Part shown: piece after piece, positions 1-9,393 of the stretch
Layout of the letters: every line of letters begins with the position of its first letter
Position numbering within the stretch: position 1 is the first letter of the stretch
Source of the DNA: Acidobacteriota bacterium
GTDB taxonomy: Bacteria; Acidobacteriota; UBA6911; RPQK01; JAJDTT01
Reading direction: 5' to 3'
Length of the DNA stretch: 64,000 nucleotides
Assembly: GCA_965263035.1 (NCBI GenBank)
Contig: OZ253580.1
Coordinates: 2,272,001-2,336,000 of the forward strand
Translations under genes and position numbers: made by a program
The notes under the pieces: model-generated
What the model was told of the DNA's origin: nothing
What the model saw: only the letters and a program-made list of their open reading frames with translations
Databases searched by the model: none

Positions 1-464
1 GTCAGTAACATGTGCAGGCCTTCCGAGTGGTTGTTGTGCTCGGTGTGCATGGAGCGGATGAGGCAGATGTCGTCGGCGACGGTCGCCAGGTGAGGAATGG
101 TTTCGCCCAGTTCCATGCCGCTCTGGCCATGCCGGCTGAACTGGAACGGGCTGGCCAGCAACACGTTGGCATTGTTGGGCTGATGGATCTCGACCCCGTC
201 CGGGTGCGGCTTTCCGGACCACTTCGTCAGCTCGGGCTTGGGATCGAACAGGTCCATCTGGCTGGGGCCGCCGTTCTGGACGAACTGGATCACCGCCTTC
301 GCCGGACCCGGAAAGTGGCCGTCCCGCGGCTTCAGGTCGTTGTAGGCGAGGCGGTCCTCTTCGGCTTTCAGCATGCCGCCGAGGGCCACGCTGCCCATGC
401 CGAGAGCACTCATTTCCAGCAGTTTGCGGCGGGAGATGGTATGCGGAAGAACGTCCCAGATCAT
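1..464 (-). CDS. DUF1501 family protein (partial, runs off the window start)
   Basis: Manual minus-strand translation from ATG at 464 reads MIWDVLPHTISRRKLLEM...GGPSQMDLFDPKP...HGQSG...IRSMHT. These motifs match the DUF1501 paralogs at 26697 and 28740. Confidence 0.85.
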   Translation of the reverse strand, partial: MIWDVLPHTISRRKLLEMSALGMGSVALGGMLKAEEDRLAYNDLKPRDGHFPGPAKAVIQFVQNGGPSQMDLFDPKPELTKWSGKPHPDGVEIHQPNNANVLLASPFQFSRHGQSGMELGETIPHLATVADDICLIRSMHTEHNNHSEGLHMLL

Positions 465-515
465 GGCTCGAAGTCCCTGAGTCCAGTGGATTTGATCTGT
501 CCTCAATGCTACGCC

Positions 516-571
516 GTGGAGCGGCGACTTTCCAGCCGCCCAGGAGCGCCGACTTTCTTGCCGCCGATTAG
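516..571. repeat. REP-like hairpin cluster (3' exon of the intron)
   Basis: Two tandem units: GTGGAGCGGCGACTTTCCAGCCGCC and GGAGCGCCGACTTTCTTGCCGCCG. Confidence 0.8.
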
Positions 572-1201
572 ATCGGGTCGAGTGCAGGGGATTGCGCCCC
601 TGCACCCTCCCACACCACCGGACGTACCGTTTTCAGTATCCGGCGGTTGGAGTCACTCGAGGCTCTTTCGAGCCTCGTAAAGGGCCTTTCTTTCCGGTTT
701 TCGCCGCCGCTGGGACTTGATCTCCGCCCTTCCGGCTTGACGGGTTCCACCCTTGGGCCTTCCGTGCCGGGTCCGAGGGGCCTCCCCCCGCCCCGTTTCC
801 GGAGGTAGTTGCGATCCCGCTGACGAGTCCGCCATAGGGCCAGTCCGACTCCTTCGGTCCTTCGCTCCACCGGCATTATCCGGCTTCTTCGCTACTATGA
901 CCTCTGCTGACTTCTCAAAGGCTCTCACCCTTGAGATCTCCCCGAGTAAGGTGCTGCATCTTTCCCCCCGGGCCGCCCGGCTCTACCTGGTACGTCTGGA
1001 TGGGGTTCGGGTTTCGCTGTTGCTCGCCAGCTCACCGCCCGCACCCGGCCTCGCTGCCGGTTCGTGTTCCTGCGGTCGTGGGTTTGCCTTCCGCTTCCTT
1101 CAGCTTCACCTCGCGGCTACGCCTTGCGGTTCGGCTAGGGTTGGTCCCATCACCTCCCTTGGGATCTTTCATCCCTTAGATACAGCCCATGTCGGGCGCA
1201 C
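572..1201 (-). mobile_element. ORF-less group IIC intron (~630 nt)
   Basis: The minus strand starts GTGCGCCCGACATGGG (class IIC 5' end). Domain V is AACCGCCGGATACTGAAAACGGTACGTCCGGTGGTGTGGGAGG with a CGC triad. Domain VI is GGGTGCAGGGGCGCAATCCCCTGCACTCGACCCGAT, ending in AT. No RT ORF lies between these. Confidence 0.9.
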
Positions 1202-1324
1202 GAGCGGCGACTTTCTTGCCGCCGGACTCCGGTGGAACAAAGGAACAAGGAGGAAACGGGGCAACGGAAGAGTGGGGGACAAGAATGTCCCCCCTCCTGT
1301 CGGGCGATTAGAAATCGCCCCTCC
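1202..1324. repeat. REP-like hairpin cluster (5' exon of the intron)
   Basis: GAGCGGCGACTTTCTTGCCGCCG, GGGGGACAAGAATGTCCCCCCTCC and GGGCGATTAGAAATCGCCCCTCC. Confidence 0.8.
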
Positions 1325-1367
1325 TGGTACACTACGGAGCAACCACCTGTCCGGGAGTCGAAGCACT

Positions 1368-2120
1368 ATGAACCACCATCTGAAATTCTTTCTACCCTTG
1401 TCTTTGCTCTGGCTGTCCGCCTGCAACGTGACGGTCCCCGACAACCCCTCCCAGCCTGATCCTCCCGAACGCGGCCCGCGCACCCAGCCCGGCACCGCCA
1501 TGGGGATCTACGCCCCGAAACAGCACGACCTGTACGACGGCCGCTTCATCATCTCGGGGGGCCGCATCTACCAGGTCGGCACGCTGAACGACGAGAGCCC
1601 GTGGGACCATATGGGCAATGACGGATCGAACCTGAGGCCGGTGGAGGGCACGGTCGATTTCGACGTCGACGAGATCAACAACACGGGAACCTTCCGGGCC
1701 GAACTCCAATTGCCCGAGGGCAGCTACGTCATCGACCTGGAGGAATTCAAGGAATTCTCACCGTGTCAGGACGGCGGCATCGCGGCGTGGCTGTTCGAGC
1801 ACGGCGACTCCGGATGCGGCGATGCCAATTGGCCCAAGAGCATCCTCTACGTGGCCGGCTGGGGGATCGGCTCCGCCACCTTGAACGGCGAGCCGCTCTA
1901 CCAGGACTACCAGATCCATTTCATGGTCACCCAGGGCATGCGCGACCGGAACCTGGTGGCTCGCTATCCTCTCGACGGGAAAAATTCAGAGGCCGGCGCC
2001 GTCAACCCGGCCCTCCAGCAACTGGATTTCTACATCCGCAGTCCCAAAACCAATGAGGCCAACCATCCCAAGCGGGAAGTGTTCGACCACTTCTTCGCCA
2101 TGGAAGTCACCTGGAAATAG
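1368..2120 (+). CDS. hypothetical lipoprotein
   Basis: The likely start is MNHHLKFFLPLSLLWLSAC (lipobox). The longer ORF called from 753 reads through the antisense intron and REPs. Confidence 0.75.
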   Translation: MNHHLKFFLPLSLLWLSACNVTVPDNPSQPDPPERGPRTQPGTAMGIYAPKQHDLYDGRFIISGGRIYQVGTLNDESPWDHMGNDGSNLRPVEGTVDFDVDEINNTGTFRAELQLPEGSYVIDLEEFKEFSPCQDGGIAAWLFEHGDSGCGDANWPKSILYVAGWGIGSATLNGEPLYQDYQIHFMVTQGMRDRNLVARYPLDGKNSEAGAVNPALQQLDFYIRSPKTNEANHPKREVFDHFFAMEVTWK

Positions 2121-2195
2121 CACCGCCGGCCGCTCCGGAGGCGGGTTCCGCTTGCTCGTTGCTTCTGACTGCTGATTCATCAGGTAACAGAAGAG

Positions 2196-4229
2196 ATGAG
2201 ATTCACATTACTCCTTGTCTTTTTCCTTCATCCGGCGTTTGCCTTCGCGCAGACCACCGAGCAGGTGGGCGCGATCCTCGAACTGCCGGTTCAATCTCCC
2301 GAGACCGTCGAGTTCCAGTTGCGCCAGTACCTGATGGAACGCGTGCCTCCCCTGCCCACTCCTGGAAACGCCCGGGAATGGGAGACCGAAGCTCGGAAAT
2401 TGAGAGAACGGGTCCTGAAAGACGTGATCTTCCACGGTTGGCCTCCCCGCTGGGTGGAAGCGGAGCCCAGATTTGAAGATCTGGGAATCATCGCCTCGGG
2501 GAGGGGCTACCGGTTGCGCGGACTTCGCTACGAGATCCTCCCCGGTTTCCAGACGACGGCCCTCCTCTATGAGCCGGAGAACCTGACCGGGAAGGTCCCT
2601 GCCATCGTCAATGTGAACGGCCACACGCCCGTTGGCAATGCGAGCGGTTACAAGCAGATCCGCTGCATCAACTACGCACTGCGAGGCATGCTGGCCCTGA
2701 GTTTGGAATGGTTCAACTGCGGGGAACTGTACCTGCCCGGGAACGATCACTGGTACGGCGGCCACTTGAATCTGGCGGGCATGAGCGCCACCGGCCTTTT
2801 TTATCTGGCCATGCGCAAGGGCTTGGACTACCTGGAACGTCACCCTCATGTCGATCGGGGTCGCCTGGGGGTCACGGGCCTGTCCGGGGGAGCCTGGCAA
2901 ACCGGGGTCTTGAGCGGACTGGATGAACGGGTTGCCGCTGCCGCCCCGGTCTCCGGGTATTTCGCGTTCCTCTCGGCGATCGAGCGGAACGCCGATGTGG
3001 GGGACATGGAGTACAACCCGCCCGACCTGGGCATCGATTACACTCATCTCACCGCCCTGCGGGCGCCACGCCCCACCTTGCTGATGTTCTCCGCCGAGGA
3101 CAATTATTACGTGGGCCGGGCGGCCCTCACCAAACCCTACCTCTACGACCAGATCAGGCCCTTCTTCCGGTTGTTCGGGAAAGAGGAGGCCTTTGAATGG
3201 CACGAGAACACCGACCCGGGAACGCATAACTACGAGCTGGACAATCGCCAACAGTCCTATCGCTTTTTCAGCCACCACTTCGGATTGCCCGTGCAAGCCG
3301 GGGAGATCCCGGTGGATGCGGAGGTCAAGACCGCCCAAGAGCTGAAGCTGGGAATCCCCGAGGACAATCTCACCATCCTGGCTCTGGCTCGAAAGCTGGC
3401 CGGAGAGATCGAACACGAGTCTCCACCCGGCAACCTGGAGAGGAGACGAGCCTGGGTCGGACGCAAGAGACAACGGCTCCAGGAAGTGGTGCGTTATCGC
3501 TCTCGGAGCGTCAAACACCCCTGGGGCGTGGCCAATACCAAGAAGAGGGGACTCGAGAGTGTTTCCTACCGTCTCCAATTCGACAACGATCTCAGCGCCT
3601 CGGCAATCTGGCTGAAGGCGATTGCCAGCCCCCCGGATGCTCCCGCAACCATAGTTCTGCACGACCGGGGGTTTGCAGCGGCGGCGTCACAGGTTTCCGA
3701 GCTCTTGAATCAAGGTGGTCAGGTCCTGGCGCTGGATCTGATCTTCACCGGCAATGCCGCCCCTGAAGGCCCGTTGAGACCCGAGGGTTCACGGGCCAAC
3801 GATCGTGCCCTGAATCAACTTCTCGAGGAAAGCAGGAATGAATCGATGGCCTCCTGGATGGTCAGCCGGCCTCCTTCGGCTCTGTACGGACAACTGATCG
3901 CCCCCCTGGGAGAGCGCCCGCTCGGCATTCGGGCTGCCCAGTTGGTGGCCGCGGCCCGCTGGCTGGAAGAGACGACGGGCACCCGCCGCATCCGTCTGGA
4001 GGGCAGCGGCATCCGCAGTCAAGTGGTTGCCCTGATCGCCGCGGCCCTGAAACCCGAGCTGTTTTCGCAGGTTCGGATTCACCAGGGGATGGACAGCCTG
4101 AGCCATTTGTACGCCGTTCCCGTCACCTATCAGCAGGCTCCCGACCTTTTCTGCCGGGATCTCTACAAGGAGTTCGACCTGGATCAGCTCGAGGTTCTGG
4201 CCCAGCCCACGGAGATTCTTCGAGAGTGA
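2196..4229 (+). CDS. secreted alpha/beta hydrolase (acetyl xylan esterase-like)
   Basis: Signal peptide and GVTGLSGG nucleophile elbow; 677 aa. Confidence 0.75.
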   Translation: MRFTLLLVFFLHPAFAFAQTTEQVGAILELPVQSPETVEFQLRQYLMERVPPLPTPGNAREWETEARKLRERVLKDVIFHGWPPRWVEAEPRFEDLGIIASGRGYRLRGLRYEILPGFQTTALLYEPENLTGKVPAIVNVNGHTPVGNASGYKQIRCINYALRGMLALSLEWFNCGELYLPGNDHWYGGHLNLAGMSATGLFYLAMRKGLDYLERHPHVDRGRLGVTGLSGGAWQTGVLSGLDERVAAAAPVSGYFAFLSAIERNADVGDMEYNPPDLGIDYTHLTALRAPRPTLLMFSAEDNYYVGRAALTKPYLYDQIRPFFRLFGKEEAFEWHENTDPGTHNYELDNRQQSYRFFSHHFGLPVQAGEIPVDAEVKTAQELKLGIPEDNLTILALARKLAGEIEHESPPGNLERRRAWVGRKRQRLQEVVRYRSRSVKHPWGVANTKKRGLESVSYRLQFDNDLSASAIWLKAIASPPDAPATIVLHDRGFAAAASQVSELLNQGGQVLALDLIFTGNAAPEGPLRPEGSRANDRALNQLLEESRNESMASWMVSRPPSALYGQLIAPLGERPLGIRAAQLVAAARWLEETTGTRRIRLEGSGIRSQVVALIAAALKPELFSQVRIHQGMDSLSHLYAVPVTYQQAPDLFCRDLYKEFDLDQLEVLAQPTEILRE

Positions 4230-4231
4230 AA

Positions 4232-4312
4232 TGGGAGCGGGGGTTTGTAACCCCCGATTCCGGGTCGGTTTTGAAGAGGGGGACAGAATGTCCCCCCTCC
4301 CATCCCCCCTCC
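4232..4312. repeat. REP-like hairpins
   Basis: GGGAGCGGGGGTTTGTAACCCCCG and GGGGGACAGAATGTCCCCCTCC. Confidence 0.6.
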
Positions 4313-4398
4313 CAGGGTGCCCGTATTTGCCTTTCTAGGAAGGTTAAAAGGTGGAACGGAGCCCAGTCGGTCCATCTCGACTGTCAAGGAGAATACGA

Positions 4399-6177
4399 AT
4401 GCGCCACCTGATCATCGGACTGTTGCTGCTGGTGCCCGGCGGGGTCTTGGCGCAGGACCGTCCCAACGTCATCCTGATCCTGACCGATGACCAGGGCTAC
4501 GGCGACCTGGGCAGCCAGGGAAATCCCTTCATTCAAACGCCCCACCTCGACCAGTTCTACGCCGAAAGCGTTCGCCTCTCGGATTTCCATGTCGACCCGG
4601 TCTGCACGCCGACCCGGGCGGCATTGTTGACCGGGCGCTACTCCATTCGCACCGGGGCCTGGCGGACGGGGGCCGGGCGGGCCTTCCTGCGGCGGGACGA
4701 GGTCACCCTTGCCGATGTTTTTGCAGCGGCGGGCTATCGCACCGGCATGTTTGGGAAATGGCACCTCGGAGACAATTTCCCCTACCGGCCACATGATCGT
4801 GGCTTCCAGGAGGCCGTGTGGCACCGCCATGGCGCCATTGGGATGTCAGGGGATGCCTGGGGAAACGACTACCTCGACGACATCTACCAGCGGAATGGCG
4901 AGCGTGAGCAATTCACCGGGTACTGCACCGACGTATTCTTCGACGAAGCCTTCAAGTTCATGGAGGTGAACCGGGACAGGCCCTTTTTCGTGTACCTGTC
5001 GACCAACGCACCGCACAATCCTTACATCGTACCGGATCAGTATTCCGCGCCTTATCGGAGCAAAGGACTGTCTGCCCAACTGGCCAACTTCATGGGGATG
5101 GTCACCAACATCGACGAGAACGTGGGCCGGTTGCTGAGGAAACTGAAGGAATGGGATCTGGAAGACAACACCATCTTGATCTTCATGACCGATAACGGAG
5201 CCCTCGGCGGCATCCGAATGGAAAACGGAGATTCTGATGGTTTTCCGCTCGAGCCATGGAGCCGCTTCGGGGCCAACCTGCGGGGGCGAAAAGGGTCGCC
5301 TTACGAAGGAGGCCACCGGGTCCCCTTTTTCCTGCGCTGGCCGCAAGGCGGTCTGGGTGGAGGAAAAGATGTTGCGGGGTTGACGTCTCACATTGACGTG
5401 ATGCCGACCTTGATGGAGTTTTGCGGCGTAGAGAGTTCCTCGCCGGTACAATTCGACGGCGTCAGTCTGGCACAGCTTCTCCGCGGGCAGGCGTCGTCCA
5501 GTGAACGGACGCTGTTCGTCGCGCACCTGGGCGGCAGCTACGCGAATCCTACCTTCGAGTTGCTCCCCTACGATATTTCCGCCGTCCTGACGACCCGCTG
5601 GCGCCTGGTCTTTGGCAAGGAGCTTTACGACATCACGCGCGACCCCATGCAGAGAACAGACGTTGCCGCTCATCATCCACAGATTGTGAGGGAATTGAGG
5701 AAGGAATACGATCGCTGGTTTTCTGACGTCACCCGAAGGATTTCCGAACCCTGCCGAATCGTGCTGGGCGACCCGGCTGAAAACCCCGTCCACCTGAATC
5801 TGCAGGACTGGTACATGTCGAAAGGGAATGCTCCCTGGTATCAGAGGCCTTTTGGGCCGTATGTATACGTTGCCAGTACTCCGGCGCCCTATGTGAACGG
5901 AAAATGGATGGTGGACGTCGCGCAATCCGGCCGCTATGAGATCACGCTTCGACAACTTCCGAGCGAGGCGGCCTTTGTGATCCAGGCCGACGAGGCTCGG
6001 ATGAAGGTTGGGAATTTGGACAAGACCAGGGCGGTCCCCGATGGCGTCACGGCCGTGAAGTTTGCGGTGGAGCTCAGTGCCGGGCCGCAGTCCTTGCAGA
6101 CGTGGTTCACCCAGGCCGGCGGCAAATCCCGCGGAGCCTTTTACGTCGAGGTCCGACGGGTGGATGACGCGGGTTGA
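4399..6177 (+). CDS. arylsulfatase
   Basis: PNVILILTDDQG, CTPTRAALLTGRY (CxPxR) and GKWHLG motifs; RBS AAGGAG before ATG 4399. Confidence 0.92.
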   Translation: MRHLIIGLLLLVPGGVLAQDRPNVILILTDDQGYGDLGSQGNPFIQTPHLDQFYAESVRLSDFHVDPVCTPTRAALLTGRYSIRTGAWRTGAGRAFLRRDEVTLADVFAAAGYRTGMFGKWHLGDNFPYRPHDRGFQEAVWHRHGAIGMSGDAWGNDYLDDIYQRNGEREQFTGYCTDVFFDEAFKFMEVNRDRPFFVYLSTNAPHNPYIVPDQYSAPYRSKGLSAQLANFMGMVTNIDENVGRLLRKLKEWDLEDNTILIFMTDNGALGGIRMENGDSDGFPLEPWSRFGANLRGRKGSPYEGGHRVPFFLRWPQGGLGGGKDVAGLTSHIDVMPTLMEFCGVESSSPVQFDGVSLAQLLRGQASSSERTLFVAHLGGSYANPTFELLPYDISAVLTTRWRLVFGKELYDITRDPMQRTDVAAHHPQIVRELRKEYDRWFSDVTRRISEPCRIVLGDPAENPVHLNLQDWYMSKGNAPWYQRPFGPYVYVASTPAPYVNGKWMVDVAQSGRYEITLRQLPSEAAFVIQADEARMKVGNLDKTRAVPDGVTAVKFAVELSAGPQSLQTWFTQAGGKSRGAFYVEVRRVDDAG

Positions 6178-6298
6178 GATGGTCTACGTCTTCAGTAATT
6201 GTTCCCTGAGAAGGGGACAGTCACGTTCTCGCCCCGTTCAGGACACAAAGCGGAGCGGCAAAAGACGGGAGAAGGGGGACAGTCAGTTTCCGCCCCGG

Positions 6299-8299
6299 TC
6301 AGGACACGCCTGCGCCCAGCAGGAAGTTGATTTCGTCACTCAACTTCTGCGTCAGGTCCACGTCCGAATCGAACCCCACGTGGCGGTACTGAATCCGGCC
6401 TTCCCGCCCGATGAGCACGATCGTCGGTATCGCTGACACTCCGAATTCATCGTCGACCTTGCCGTCTCTGGCGACCGGAAAATCGTATTCGTTCTTCTTC
6501 ATGAACCTGCGGACCATGTCCGCATCCTCGTCCACGCTGACGGCGAGAAAAACGACTTCAGGCCGGTCCGACCACCGATCGACCGTCGCCTGGAACTGGG
6601 GAAGTTCCTCGACACACGGTCCGCACCACGTAGCCCAGAAATCGAGGACCACGACCTTTCCCTTGAGATCCGCCGATCTGACGCTTTCGCCACCCAGAGT
6701 CTTCAGATTGATTTCCGGTGCCTCGCCCGAGGAAAGCCCGCGCGCCCGCAGTATTGCCTCGTCCAGACTGAGCGCGGTTGGAGCGCCAACAGCCACGCTC
6801 CCTTCGGTCTTGGCCTGAGTCACGTGGTCCAGGACATACTGGTTCAGACCGTCAATCGAACCGTGCACCTTTGCGAACAGGGATTCCAGGGGTTTCCGCG
6901 CAGGATCGTGCAGATATTCAATCAGGGAACTCGCGTAGTGCTTCAGTGCCTCCTGGTGCTGCCCGGTGACTTCGTACGCGGCGGCAAGTTCAAGATGGAT
7001 CAGGTCCCCCGCTCGATCCCACACGCCTACCACGGGCAGAAGCACGGCGATTGCCTCCTGGTGTCTCCGATTCTTGTTGAGCACCTTGCCCAACTCGTAG
7101 GAAACCCCGGTTCGCACTTGTCCCCCCACTTCTTCCAACAGCTCACGGCTCGGCTCACTGCTGGTGAATAGAACGGTCCCGTGGACACTGTCCGGGTTCG
7201 CGAAATCGAGGGCTCGTTCAAGGAACCGGATGGCAAGCTCCGTCTGCCCCTCCTTCGCGTAGTGGACTGCGACTTGCGTGTATGCCATCGGATTCGGATA
7301 TCCCGATTCCAGGAGTTCCTGCACAAGTTCCTCTTCCTTCCGAGCCTCTCCAGACTTCCAATAGAGATTGAACAAGGCTTGGTAAGCATAATTCTTGAGC
7401 CTCTTGTCATCCGGGATTTCTTCTTTCTCCAGGCACTCCCGGGCGAGGGCTTCCGTCTTCTCCGGATCCGTTTCCACGTAGTGTTTCAAGAGGTAATCGT
7501 AGACGTGCACAATATTGGGACCCGTGGGGTAATCTTCGATGAAGCGATTCCAGAGCCGGACCTTCTGGTCCTGGTCCTCCAGGGATTCCGCCATCTCGTA
7601 CAGGGCAAGGCCCCCATTGCGGGGGTCGGATCTGAACCGCTCATAGATTTGCTGCAAGAGACTTGCGGCGTCGGTGTCCCGCTCAGCCTTCTCGTAGGCG
7701 CGCATGAGACCCCAATAACCGCGGGCGACGTCCGGCAACTCTGAGATCATCTTCCGGTAGGCGGCGATTTCGTTCTCCCGGCGGCCCATGCGACCGAAAG
7801 TTCGCGCCAGTCCCCGATGGCCCAGTTCACTCGTGGGCTCAAGGGCAAGGACCCTCTGGTAGTTGGTCAATGCCTGGTCGAAGGACCGGCGGTCTTCCAG
7901 CAACTCACCCAGACCCAGGTAGCCCCAGGGGGAGCCGGGATCCAACACGATCGCCTTCTCGTAATGGGCCTGCTTCGCGTCGCCCTCGGCGACTTCGCCG
8001 AGCAGGTAGTGGAAGACGGCACTGTCCGGATTCTCCTGGACGCGCCATTCGTACTCTTGGCGCAGCAGTTCCTTGTCTTCCGTGAGGCGGATGATCTCGC
8101 GGTGCGCTTCGGTGAACTCCGGGTCGTGTTCGACCGCTTGCCTGCAAAGCTCCAAAATTCGATCGGAATCGTCTCCACGATCGAGAGACATGGCCTCCAG
8201 ATAGAACCTCTGGGCCGTCTGCGGATCAGGAGTAGTAGTGCCGGTGCAGGATAAGCCGATGACAAGAAGTGGGCAGCAGAAAACCTGGATCAGCCTCAT
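6299..8299 (-). CDS. TPR-repeat lipoprotein with C-terminal TlpA/redoxin domain
   Basis: Lipobox GLSC, TPR-like helices and DFWATWCGPC. Confidence 0.85.
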   Translation of the reverse strand: MRLIQVFCCPLLVIGLSCTGTTTPDPQTAQRFYLEAMSLDRGDDSDRILELCRQAVEHDPEFTEAHREIIRLTEDKELLRQEYEWRVQENPDSAVFHYLLGEVAEGDAKQAHYEKAIVLDPGSPWGYLGLGELLEDRRSFDQALTNYQRVLALEPTSELGHRGLARTFGRMGRRENEIAAYRKMISELPDVARGYWGLMRAYEKAERDTDAASLLQQIYERFRSDPRNGGLALYEMAESLEDQDQKVRLWNRFIEDYPTGPNIVHVYDYLLKHYVETDPEKTEALARECLEKEEIPDDKRLKNYAYQALFNLYWKSGEARKEEELVQELLESGYPNPMAYTQVAVHYAKEGQTELAIRFLERALDFANPDSVHGTVLFTSSEPSRELLEEVGGQVRTGVSYELGKVLNKNRRHQEAIAVLLPVVGVWDRAGDLIHLELAAAYEVTGQHQEALKHYASSLIEYLHDPARKPLESLFAKVHGSIDGLNQYVLDHVTQAKTEGSVAVGAPTALSLDEAILRARGLSSGEAPEINLKTLGGESVRSADLKGKVVVLDFWATWCGPCVEELPQFQATVDRWSDRPEVVFLAVSVDEDADMVRRFMKKNEYDFPVARDGKVDDEFGVSAIPTIVLIGREGRIQYRHVGFDSDVDLTQKLSDEINFLLGAGVS

Positions 8300-8833
8300 G
8301 GTAGACCTCCGTAGCAGTCTGTAGCGCCGGTCCTGGGCAGGTGGGAACCGGTGTGAAAGCCAGTTGTGTCCAAGATAGCACCATGGACATCGGGGAGGTA
8401 CTGGCCGGAAAACGGCACGTCGTTTGTACGTGAAAATTCCGTTCTATTGGCACGTGTTCGATCCGGACAACGAGCTGGGATGGAGCTGTACCTGTCGCCC
8501 GCCGTGGAGCAGGCGGTGAGTGGACAGATCCACCAGGTTCAGGAGAGTGGCTCTCTTGACGCGTCCACAGTACTTCTCCTCGGTCTCGACGGTGAGAAGT
8601 TGCTTACCGTTGATCGTATTCCCTCTCCTCCATTGTGGTTCTCCTCTGGTACTCGACCTGATCGGTAGATTGCGCCACCCCTTTTTGATGTCGTAAAAGG
8701 GCATGGAGGTTCACTTTGGGGGCGAGGATCACCCGGATAGAGAAGGCAACTGGCCCCTTCTCCCCAACCTCTTGCAGATTCGCGTCAGATAAGGCTGCCA
8801 AACCGAGATAGGTTGGCGGTCACCACTTGCCGA

Positions 8834-9294
8834 TCACAGAATAGCGTTCAAGTCGTCAAGGAGTACCATCCGGTCATCCAGCTCCTGGACTTGATCGGCA
8901 AGACGCTTGGCCCTTGAAATCAGATCCTGTGCTGCCTGTCTCTCTCCCTGCAACGCCTTGGCGCGTGCGCTCGCCTCGTAGCCATAGCCGACATAGTAGG
9001 GAGGCAGATCGTTGGTCTCACCGACCTCGACACATCGCTGCGCGAAGTATTCCGCACGCTCCGGAAGTCCCGCAACGGCGTAGACACGAGCCAGCTGCCA
9101 GGTCCCAATTGCGATGTTCAATGGTGTGTGATCCTCAACCTGATTCCAATGCCAGAAGGAAGCATGGGACACACGTGAATCATCTCTTCAGCTTCGTTGG
9201 CGCTGAGCTCCGGCTTACGCAGGTACTCCCACGTCTTGTTGAAGCAGGAAGCGGCCAACCTGCGGTGAGTCAGATTGTCTGATTGATCGTTCAT
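8834..9294 (-). pseudogene. conserved hypothetical helical protein, frameshifted
   Basis: From ATG 9294, MNDQSDNLTHRRLAASCFNKTWEYL...EEMIHV joins SHASFWHW... only by a frame change at CACGTGTGTCCC (~9172). Confidence 0.65.
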
Positions 9295-9393
9295 GTCGTC
9301 TCCAATGCATGGGCTTGGAACGAGCGCCTGTGAAAAAAGGTGACAGACGAGCGGAGAACGTCGGGAGAACGTGACTATTCCCTTTTCGCTCGA

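Noticed and set aside
653-928. ORF inside the intron as an intron-encoded RT
   Set aside because: Only 91 aa with no RT motifs (no YADD); at most a deletion relic.
753-1367. N-terminal extension of the 455-aa ORF
   Set aside because: It is antisense intron and REP sequence; the lipoprotein signal begins at 1368.
8366-8704. Small ORFs upstream of the TPR-redoxin gene
   Set aside because: No recognisable family; probably a decayed fragment.
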